A stretch of 64,000 nucleotides of DNA, taken from assembly GCF_000181795.1 (NCBI RefSeq), contig NW_003526943.1, positions 2,241,666 to 2,305,665 on the forward strand, written 5' to 3'. The position numbers and the translations under genes were made by a program. Shown here one piece after another: positions 26,446-37,380 of the stretch; the stretch's first letter is position 1, and the number at the start of each line of letters is the position of its first letter. The notes beneath the pieces were generated by a model that was not told the DNA's origin, searched no databases, and saw nothing but the letters and a program-made list of their open reading frames with translations. The stretch is from Trichinella spiralis. Its lineage: Eukaryota.

Positions 26446-27758
26446 ATGGATCCGAATTCTACCAGACCAGTAGTGATTGACAACGGTAGTGGGGTGTTCA
26501 AAGCTGGATTTGCAGGAGATGATGGACCCATTTCAGTTTTTCCATCGATCATTGGCCGTCCACGACATCAAGGTGTATTGATTGGCATGGCAAAAAAGTC
26601 ATCTTACATCGGTGATGAGGCACAGAATATGAGGGGATTAATGACGTTAGAATATCCAATAGAACATGGAATTGTTACCAACTGGGATGACATGGAAATA
26701 CTGTGGCATCACACCTTTTGCAATGAACTGCGTGTAGCGCCGAAAGAACATCCGGTTTTGCTAACTGAAGCTCCTATGAACCCCAAGAGTAATCGTGAAA
26801 AAATGGTGGAGGTATGAAAAATATTCAGCAAAGTGTTTTTTCTACTTTTGCATTATTTCGCTTTCATTTTATTTTGTAGATAATGTTTGAATCATTCGAA
26901 ACGCCAGCTATGTATGTTGCTATACAGGCAGTTTTGTCACTGTATGCAAGTGGCAGAATCACAGGCATTGTTTTAGATTGCGGTGATGGAGTCAGTCATA
27001 CGGTACCAATTTATGAAGGGTTTGCAATGCCACGCGCAATTTTGCGCCATGATTTAGCAGGGCGTGATTTAACTAACTATATGATAAATATGTTGACTGA
27101 ACGTGGTTATTCATTCACCACCACTGGTAAGCTTGAATGTTTCAGCCATGAAGTCATTCACTTTATATCTTTGTTTTGTTCAGCTGAACGAGAGATTGTC
27201 CGTGACATTAAGGAAAAGCTCTGTTTTGTGGCAGGTGACTTTGAACACGCGATCATTACAGAGCGCATGAATAGACGGTTGAGCACATCATATCAACTTC
27301 CAGACGGACATGTGATCAAGATTGGCAGTGAACGCTTCCGTTGTCCAGAAGCGTTATTTCAGCCATCATTGTTGGGCTTAGAGTGTTGTGGACTTCCTGA
27401 GACCATAAACATCTCAATTATGAAATGTGATCTAGACTTGCGCAGTCAACTGTATGAAAATGTCATTTTGTCTGGGGGATCCACAATGTTTCCAGGCACA
27501 GAACATCGAATGACGAAAGAATTAAGAGTGTTAGGACCGGAGTAGGTTACTTTATTATTCTGTTACAATTAATGGAAGTGATTTAGGTTCTGTTTTAGTG
27601 CAGTTAATGTGAAGATTCACACCCCACCTGAACGGAAGTATTCAGTTTGGATTGGTGGATCCATTTTGGCTTCTCTGTCAGCCTTTCAAAATATGTGGAT
27701 TTCTTACAAAGATTATGAAGAACACGGAAGCGCAATTGTTCATCGGAAGTGCTTCTGA
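26446..27758 (+). CDS. Divergent actin, copy 1 (376 aa; exons 26446-26811, 26880-27126, 27184-27541, 27599-27758)
   Basis: [59 protein letters not shown] and [27 protein letters not shown]...IVHRKCF*. Exons sum to 1131 nt, which is 376 codons plus stop. Confidence 0.95.
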
Positions 27759-28061
27759 ATGGAGAAATGAATGCCAAAATTAGTTACTCATCTTGAATCA
27801 CGATCACCTTTTGATATAATGCATTGCTTTTATATACAAATCATTACTTTTATATAAAAATATAACTGGATTTGTTTCTGTGATAAATAATATTAAATTG
27901 TTAAAATAAAAAAATGTCTGTTACTTCTGAATAATGTTTCACAATATCATGGAATGAAAAGAATGAATCAAATTGTTTAGTAAATTATGATAAGCACTTT
28001 TTCAAACTTCCTCTTTCATAATGGTCAAATCGAATACATGAGCGTAAGTGATGTTTTCGAG

Positions 28062-31000
28062 CAGTGGTTCTCACTTTTCTGGGCTGCGACCCACTTTGGA
28101 CTACGATAAGTTTTCGCGACCCACCGGCTTGCAGTGCATTTTTTAAAAGACAAGGATATATTTCAGTAAAACATATAAGTTTTATACTTTTCAATTTTTT
28201 AATGAATACATCTAATTATAATGTATATGTTTATTCGTGAGATGCATAATGCGGCGTATGCGAACAATGGGTTTGTTTTCTGTTTTGACTGATGACTTCT
28301 TCGACGTCCACACTAATATGTGTTAGTTTCAGACGCAAGTTGTTGGATAATTGTAGCTTATTTCGTAATTTGATTTTAATTCCAATCATTGCTGAAAATC
28401 TAATTTCGCACATGTACGAAGTAGTAAAAGGAAGCAGCACTTTTAATGCTGCGGTGGAAAGAGTTGGATATGTGTTTTCTACTGATAGCCAAAACTGTAT
28501 TAATTTCTTACGATCAAAACTCATTTTAAACGAATAATCTTCAGACAAATCGATTAATTCTTCGTCTGCCTTCGTGGATATGCCAGTAGCCACAACATCA
28601 CTCTGAAACGGATTCACAATCCAGATGTTTTTATCACAGAATTTCATTTCTTCACTGAAGTAATAATCAAAACTTTCTTTCAATGAATCTAGATGTACAA
28701 CTATCATTGAGATTAAGTCCTCATCTAGCGTCGCTTCTTTCTCGACGATGAAAGTTGCCAATGTCTCGAAACAACAATAATTTCCGTCTTTAACATTTTT
28801 TTCCATAAATAAAGTTTCTTCATAAAACCCGGAATTTTATCTTATGTACTGAAAATATGTCAGCTGCGTCCATCCCTTGTAGATATAAATTTAGTTCATT
28901 TAATTTCGAAAATATGTCTGCCAAATAAGTGAGCTTAAGAATGAATTTCTCATCCCGCAATACTTTCGAGTAATCACTTTGTCTTTTCAGAAATATTGCA
29001 ACTTCTTCGCGGAGTTCAACAAGTCTTGTTAGCACTTTACCCCTTGACAGCCAACGTACTTCAGAATGGAAAAGAAGAGATTTGTGGCAGCTTCCCATCT
29101 CTTCGCACAGTTTTTCAAATAAGCGCGACTGTAACGGTTTACTCTTAATAAAGTTGATGATTTTCACGGCAATGTTTTTAAAACATTTTTTAAATCGTCT
29201 GATATAGTTTTTGATACCAATGCTTTTCTATGAATGCTGCAGTGAGTCCATGAAGCATTAGGACTTTGTTTAAGAATGCGTGTCACAACACCACTGTTCT
29301 TACCACACATTCCTCACTAGTACCCCCAAATAATTGGTTCACAAAACAGTATATCCTCATGCGGCTCACTGTTCCATACAAAACGGATAAATACAATCAA
29401 TTGGGATAAACCTTGTTTATCCGTGGACGGATCCAGCTGCAGGGAAAAAAATTTACTTGCTTTAATCTTCCTGTTATCCTCAAATTTACTTACCTCCTGT
29501 TATCCTCCGGGTCAAATTCACCCATAAGTGATGCACAGTTTGTTTTGCGGTCATACTGCGGCTAAGTATTCGTGAATTTTATTTTAAAAGGTGCTGATAA
29601 ATATTCTAATACGCAGAGATTATTATTTTTTTAATATGACTGTTTATGGTGGATGTTCATTGACACACTTAAATTTCTTCTGCACATAAGTTACAATATG
29701 ATTGTGTATGATCTTTACAAATGTATTTTTGGCATTTTTTACAACGTACGCTTCTCTTGTTGTCACTTTGAACACACAATTGACATCGGGCTCTTTTTTT
29801 ACCACCTGTGTCCGTATCAGTGATACCGCTTGTAGATGGCTGCTATGTATCTTTCCGCAATTAACTGCCGATTTTGCTGCTGCTGTTCTGGGAAGTGTTT
29901 TGCGCCTCATCATTTCTGGTTGCACTAGAGCCTTGCCAAGTTCTTCCAGGAATAATCGACGCTTACGCAGCCGTCCTACATTCCATGCTGAATGTTTTTC
30001 TGTCCATAGAACGTAGGCGTTGTATGCCGATACGTCGATGATGTTGTAAAATATGACTAATGGCCATCGTGCAGACATTCTTTGGCAGGAATACGTTGAT
30101 GTCATTTTGTCTAAATTATCCACACCACCTTTAGTATTATTATAATGTAGAATAATTTCAGGCTTGCTTCCCTTTCCGTGGCAAACCTGGTTGTCATTAT
30201 GCATGGTACTTAGTACCAAAACATTCTTGTTCTTTTTTGGGAGGTATGATATGATGGTGCAGCTTTCAGAAAAGGCAAATGTTGAAGAGTTCAATTTTCT
30301 GCCTTGTAGTTGCAGCAGTTCTTATGGTAGCTCTGGCTTGTTTTTTTTTACAGTTCCAACCAAAGTCAAATTCTTTTTTTTCAGTTCTACTCCCAGTGCA
30401 TACGATGTAAAAAAGTTGTCACATGTAACATTATGACCTTTTAGCCCCTTTACCATGTCAAGTACCACTCGCATCCCTTGGTTCTTCTCGCGAGTTCCAC
30501 TTGATGGCTTTCCAATGTATATTTGCATATTCCATGCGTAGCTTGACTTTGAGCAACAGGCTACCCAAAACTTATTGCCATACTTTGCCGGTTTCTTTGG
30601 CATGTACTGTTTGAATTGACATCGGTTTTTGAAAGGATACAGTCGCTCATCAACTGCAACATTTTCAGAGGGATTATACATCTTAGGTAATTTTTAACCC
30701 ATATATCCCATAAACTATAGAACCTTAAAAGTGATAGATGTTGCATTACCTTCAATACTGATAAAACAGCAGTAGAAGATCTATCATGGGGACAAAATGA
30801 CCCCGGGGACTTCACATATACGTAAAGTGCATACAGCAGTTGCTGTGAATGACAGAGGCGCAGGAATTTCATTATATGTAGATAAGATAAAATGAGGAAA
30901 AGTCAAAAAAATTCAGCATCAACAGACAATAATTTTGGTACTAAATTTTATGTTGAAAATCAAAACGGGTCAATATGACCCGGAGGATAACAGGAGGGTT

Positions 31001-32146
31001 AATCCTGTTAATAAGCTGATCTTCCACCCATTTCGCCATATCTTCGATTCTGCGTGCAACTGTGTTATTAGAAAGTGGAATTAATTCAATCTCTTTCAAG
31101 TACGTGTCACCAAACATAACTCTGACAGCATCCTTTATCGATGGAAGTACTAAAGATTCGCCAATTGTGTGAGGCTGACAAGATTGTGCAATTCGCTATC
31201 TAATAAGATATGAGGCATGCATAGCTTTTTCATTAACATTGGTGAAATGAGAAAGTACACATTGTGACGCATTCAATTCCTTTAATTTGCTATCAAAAAA
31301 TTGAAACGGCTTGCTTTTGAGATCCATGTGCTTTGTTTCAATATGTCAAAGTAGTTTATTTGGTCGCATTCTCTCATTTGTGAGAATTTCATAGCAAATA
31401 ACACAAAGAGGACGTGGATCTTTATGGTCACCATTCTACGTAAATCCAAATTTTAAATAGTCAATATCATATTTTCTTATTACTTTTCGTCGATTTGACA
31501 ATTGAAAATTTGCTGACTCATTTTCATCAATTTTTCTTTTATTATTCACATCACCTGCAGTGGAAACTTTTTGAGACTCCATTTCAGCTACTTCTATTTT
31601 TACCGGTTTCCTGGTTATCAACCACTCATCCATTCCTAGGCTAAATTTTACAGAAAAGGGAAAACCTTATTACTTACATAGCACGGAAATTATTAAATTA
31701 AAAAATATTTTATTTGTGATAACTAACAACTAACTTTGTGATAACTTAATGTGCCAGCCATTTTAACCTACGAAAGAGTGCAGAAGCATACTGAGCACGC
31801 TGCGCCAAGCTGCAACGAGATCGTTCAATCAAGCACATTTTCACCCATTTGCTTACTTGCTAACCTTTTATAAGTTATGTGCAACAAAGAAGAGCAACTC
31901 TTATCGACAACCAATTAAAATTAACGTGACACAGATCAGTGTACTGTAAAACCAGACAGAGCTAGTGATTCTCAGGTTAACGGTAACTGAATCAAAGCTT
32001 AATTAATCAAAGCCAACAATTTTCAATGAGTAATACTCTCCTAACGAACGTAAAGAGTACTCCTGTACTTTAATATTTTACGCGACCCATCCAGAAACTG
32101 CTCGCAACCCACTGGTGGGTCGAGACCCACACTTTGAGAACCACTG
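28062..32146 (-). mobile_element. hAT (Buster/ZBED8/SCAND3-like) DNA transposon, both ends present, decayed transposase, interrupted by a piggyBac
   Basis: 12-bp perfect TIR CAGTGGTTCTCA at 28062 and its reverse complement ending at 32146. 8-bp TSD TTTTCGAG / TTTTAGAG (one mismatch; NNNTANNN Buster type). ORF pieces: MDEWL...RKYDIDYLKFGF, HSEVRWLSRGKVLTRL, LTYLADIFSKLNELNLYLQG and ALKVLLPFTTSYMCE. Confidence 0.92.
29466..30998 (-). mobile_element. piggyBac (PGBD4-like) element nested in the hAT; internally deleted and frameshifted
   Basis: TTAA at 29462-29465 and 30999-31002. TIR (C)CCTCCTGTTATCCTCCGGGTCA at both ends. Catalytic D motifs VDERL, CDNFF and GGVDNLD. The hAT reading frame resumes across the TTAA. 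Confidence 0.9.
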
Positions 32147-32279
32147 TTTTAGAGGGTTCTGACTTACTTCATTCGCTCAGGGATTTTTGAGGTCTCTTTT
32201 TCCCTTGTAACGCTTTCCCTCTCGTTTTTAGATGACTCTGTGAGACAAAATAATGGAAATATTTATAATTCTAGAATTA

Positions 32280-32900
32280 TACAGAATTTGTTTCAGTCAA
32301 CCAATAAGACAACGGTGGGAAGGTCCAATAAAATAGCGCGTACAACAACCAATAAAAAATGAGATCAAAATTTGGTTTAAAGTGGACCAATGCGGAACTA
32401 GCCATTGAAACATATCTAGAGATGAACCAGCAAGTGCTACACCTCTATGGTGGACAGGAGCTGTTAGCTGTTTGAAACGCCTGATTCTACAGCTGAATTC
32501 AGGCGGGAGCTGAGTCTCTGGATGACCTCTTGCGCCGCCTGCGTTATCTCACGTTCGACGTCGCTGTTGCAGCATTTTAAAGAAAGTGCGAATAAAAGTG
32601 CATTGTGCAAAGGCTTTCAACCTCTAGCGTCAGTTCTCTTGAAGCAGCTGATCACCCACCTAAGCAGGTGGAACGTTACCTAGAACGTTTTTAGCGCATG
32701 CGTTCCTTTGACCAAAAACGTGATCTTTTGGGAACTATTGCAGCGGTAACGGGAACAAGAGGGGAGTCAGGCCAGAGGAAGACCTAATGAAGGTAATCCA
32801 GTGTCTCAGCAACCTCAGGAAGAATTGATAAATTTGGAATATATTGATGACCACAAGCTGCATAGATGCTGCTGATATGGTCTTTGCAAATTTCAATCAA
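32280..32900 (+). mobile_element. Probable decayed LTR-retrotransposon gag relic
   Basis: Locally higher GC. The segment near 32480-32560 reads FYS*IQAGAESLDDLLRRLRYL, resembling the gag motif F..R.Q...ES...F...LR.L. No intact ORF. Confidence 0.35.
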
Positions 32901-34922
32901 GAAATCACAAACTGAGAGGAACTGGCATATTTTCAAATATAAGCTCAAAAATAAAATTTTCCTTTTGCTTAAAATTTTGAATACTACATCCGCTGATGAA
33001 GTCTGAGAAGTTACCTCTGTTTCATTAATTTGCTATATACATGCACATATTCTTTTTATAACTACTACAGAAATTTCGTCGTGTCATTTACGTCAGCAAA
33101 TTTTTCACATTGCATTATTTTCATATTAGCAAATCAGAAGTGAAATGACTTTAAACTAATACAAATTTCAATTAACTTTGGAAGAAATTTGTGCAAACGT
33201 AAAAATGGAATTAACATTTTTTTTGAATTACACTTTTAAATTTCTCGTACAATCATTTAAATACTCAGTTTTGAAAATCTTGCGTTATCTGACCAAAGGT
33301 TACAATGCAGGTTACGGTATTTACAGAACTGGTTTATATCTTGCGCGCAGAAATTGTTGCCATTTCTTTTTTATTATTGTTGTTGTCATCGTTCATTCAT
33401 CAAAATGCACAAATTCAAAGGTATTTGCAGTTTTTTGTCAGTACGTTCATTTTTGCTCATAGTCTAGCCTAAAGCTATGCATAAACAGCCACACCGACTG
33501 CCTAAACATCGAAAATTAAATCAAATGTTTGTACATTTTTGATTTGCTGGTCTTGATTTACGTGCAAAATTTGCGTTAAAGCTCTAGCAAGAAAATACTT
33601 TTTTTTCAGTTTTCACAAAGCGGTTCACTTTTAACTAGCAACTTACGGCGCGTCTTACATTTAACTATTTCCGTTAATCATGATAGAAAATATTGTGAGA
33701 AATTCAATTTTCTCTCGTACTTGAGGTGCATTTTCTAGTTTTTGTAAAACAAATTACGCTGATTTATGCCTGAGTTCGGAATATAAATAATATTCGCTTT
33801 CTGTAACAACTAATAAAACTGAACATCACTTAATGTTCATTGTTTTTCCAAGCATTTGTTTAAAAAATATAAGCAAAAATATGCTAGTTTTAGTAACAAA
33901 AGTTATAATAAATTTAACTAAGAAAAACTATTATGTAAATATAACTAAATATTTATGTATCATAGCTGTACTAACTAGTTGATTTATATGAAAGATTCAA
34001 AACTGGCAATAAAGGATTGAAGGCTTCATTTTTGCATTTTCCTTTAATAGAAGATATTCATATCTGCACACTGTTTGTCTTTGTAAAAACCATAAATTTA
34101 TATTCAATAAAGGTTGTAAAGGTTTGATTTTGTTGCCATAGAATTATAAATGTTATTGAGTTAAATGGCGTACGCAGTAATGCTCTCCTTGAATACACGC
34201 AGTCTTTCAAATTTTCCACTCCAACGTTAGAGCTTCCTTGAATATTAAATGTATCAACAAAATTGTACAAAGTATGCTACACGTTTATAATAAAAAGAGA
34301 AATTTAGCAAGATATTGTTTTATGTATTGAAATATTCTGAATATAAAAGATGTTTGATCATATCATCTTGAAAATCAAGTGATTACAGTATGAGAAGTAT
34401 TAACTGTTTTTTTGCCTTGTAAAAGCTTAACTTCATTTCTGGTAACTATAGTCTAACAGTTTAGAAATAAACTGTTCAATAACTGATTCAGATAATGGTA
34501 TTTCTTGTTCTATTTTTGGACAAAGTTTAAATAATGTCGCACTTGTATTGATTATTATTTAAATTAATAGTTCCAAATTTTTAACATTTTATAATTTAAT
34601 TTTTAGCATAATAATTTCAATAACGAAATATTTTTATGGACGATTTTTTAATACTGTTTACTCCTAATTTTTTAAATATTTTTTTCTTTTCGTATTTCTT
34701 GTTAAGAGGTTGTGTCGTAGTCAGGATTTTGTATCCTTGATGTGTGGTCTGTAATGTAATTAGTTTTGACACTGTCTTGTAAAAACGTTTAAAACAAATA
34801 TTAAACGATAAAATTTTGAATTTTTTCTATAACTACAAAATAAAGTGCATTTATGCTAGTAGGGGTTTTCAGTCACCGATGTTAATTGTTGTGTTTACAA
34901 GGTTCATTTGTTGCTTGTAGTG

Positions 34923-36307
34923 ATGTCTCGAAATGCAGAAGGCGAGATAGTTTACAGCAAAAAGGAGATAGCACTTTTGAGAAAATTGATCAACGACACA
35001 TTGGTGGACGACTCGAATTCCGTGTTCAAGATCGAAAGTCGTTACGGTTTGGTTTTTAAAGCGGCAGCTCATTTTGAGCATTTGCCATTAAGCTATGATA
35101 TATTGAAACAGTTATGCACTCACGGCTATTTCAAACCGTCGAAAATCCAAGCGACAAGCATACAGTTCATGCTTGCCGATTCGCCGGTAGATGTGGCTAT
35201 ACAAAGTCAATCCGGCACCGGCAAAACGGTGGCTTTTGTGCTGTGCGTTCTGCAACGCTTGCAATTGGACAACCGTTGGCCCCAGTGTTTGTGCTTGGTT
35301 CCAACTTATGAATTGGCGGCTCAGGTTCGCGATGTTTTTTGTAAGTTGGGTTCATATTCCAACTCATTGTCCATTGCATTGGCTACACGTTCTACGGATG
35401 CGACGGTCCCACCTCACGATCAACAGATCACTGATCAAGTGATTGTTGGAACTTCAGGCACGGTGATACGTTGGATGCATCAGTTGAAATGCTTCGATCC
35501 GAAAAAATTGAGTATTTTCATTCTTGACGAAGCTGATTTGATGCTTAATTTGGGGTCGCAGATTATTCACATCATTCAAACTTTGCGAGCAGATTGTCAA
35601 CGTCTACTTTTCTCAACGACGTATAATAATGCAGTGAGAAAACTGTTCCTTAACGTTGCGAAAGATCCTGTCACTATTACTGTGCAAAATGAAGGGCTTG
35701 TTTTGGATAATATCGAACAATTTTACATCAAATGTAAAACGAATGATGAAAAGCTCGAAGCGATCTGCAATTTCTACAGAACATTGGTTATTGGACAGTG
35801 TGTGATATTTTGTGAGACACGAAGTACTGCACACTGGCTGGCTGTTAAGATCCGTGCCAAGGGCCATCATGTAGCTGTATTATCAGGGGACATGGTCCTA
35901 GAACAGAGAGCACATGCAATTAAAAGATTTCGCAAAGGCGAAGACCGTATTTTAATTGCTACAAACCTCTGCTCTAAAGGAATTGATATTATCCAAGTGA
36001 ATTATATAATTTTGTTATTAATTTCTTGTATCTTTAATTTTTTTGTAAAACATAGGTAAACATAGTTATTAATTTCGATCTTCCTCGCGCTACGGCTTTG
36101 GAAGTTGATATTGGTGAGTATATTCATTGTATTGGACATTGCGGTCGATTTGGGCGTCGTGGTCTTGTTTTCACCTTTATCACGGACATTGAAGGACTTT
36201 GTGGCGTTCAGATGATTGAATATTATTTGTCCAAACCATTGAAAATGTTGGATCCGTTCGATCAGAAAAATTTAACTGATTTAAAGTCAAGTTTGTCTGT
36301 TACATAA
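34923..36307 (+). CDS. DDX19/Dbp5-like DEAD-box helicase paralog with degenerate motifs (441 aa; one intron, 35997-36055)
   Basis: ALLRKLINDTLV (DDX19 N-terminal helix), GYFKPSKIQ (Q motif), QSQSGTGKT, PQCLCLVPTYELA, ILDEAD, IGQCVIFC and VNIVINFDLP. Motif VI reads YIHCIGHCGRFGRRG. The spliced frame is open to TAA at 36307. Confidence 0.88.
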
Positions 36308-36718
36308 TGCAATTATTTAATCTGTTGTTTCTAAATTATCATTTAAACTTTTATAATTATTTATCATATTTTTGATTGAACTTGCACTAAAAATTGCTGC
36401 ATGATAATTTGGAATTATTTGATGGTGATGATGGAAGAGTAGTTGAAAGCCTATAAGTCTTATTTATGCTCTTTAATTTTAAATTAATTTTCATACATGA
36501 GTAATAGAGTGAATTTTTAGCATTATTTGATTTATTTCAGTGTCAACTGTTGACGGCATGCAATAATAATTTTTAATTAATTCATTCTTCTGTTTGCATT
36601 TCTATCACGTTATCCTTTAGATATGAATAAAGCGTATTTGCTAAAAAAGATGGTTGAGTAGTATATTTTAGTTATTGTAAAACATTTGGAAAAAATTCTC
36701 TGATCTGATTTTGCTCTG

Positions 36719-36810
36719 AACCAATCACTGTGAGACACATCTTCAATTTTATCACCAATTCCTGTGATTGGACAGATTTGAAGTAGTGCTGTATTTAATT
36801 AGGGGCAGCA
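36719..36810 (+). promoter_or_regulatory. Orphan third copy of the actin promoter cassette, with no actin downstream
   Basis: aaccaatcactgtgagacacatcttcaattttatcaccaattcctgtgattggacagatttgaagtagtgctgtatttaattaggggcagc aligns with 26238-26329 and 40390-40481. Confidence 0.7.
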
Positions 36811-37380
36811 TCTGATTTTGAAAATAATGTTATGAAAGCGTTTACATCAATGCAAATGGAGAATACTTAAACAATTAATGTTTTTTTACTTTCCAGTTCT
36901 CAATTGTTATGAATTAATTTAAAATTTATCATTAATTATTGTTAATTACAAAATAAACGATATTTAATATTTTTAGAAAAATTTTTCCAAGAAAAAATGA
37001 GTGTACCATTCCATCTTTATAAAAGCAATCAGCAAAATCTTGCTTTATTAATTAAAAAAAATATTGTTTTATTGGTGTTCAAAATATTTTGTGCACTGAT
37101 TCTTTATTAAAATATTCAATGAACTTTATATTTCAAATGATTTGTTTTACATTAATCGTGCCTATCGTGATATAAGAGACGGTCTATGAGATATGCATGG
37201 AATAGCGTCACTTTGTTTTGATGCCTATAAGCTCCCTTTATAAATGTGCACAGCATAATAAAAGAAATTTGGTGTTTTAAATGATTATGTCATTATGAGA
37301 TAGCTTTAAAGCAAAGTTATGCAAGAGAAAAGGATGCAGTTCCAGTTAAAAAACGATTTGAATTCAAGAATACTTATTAA

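Noticed and set aside
33040..33745. Possible Helitron with a CTAG 3' end at ~33735
   Set aside because: The subterminal hairpin is weak, there is no clear 5' TC boundary, and no second copy is available in the window to define the ends.
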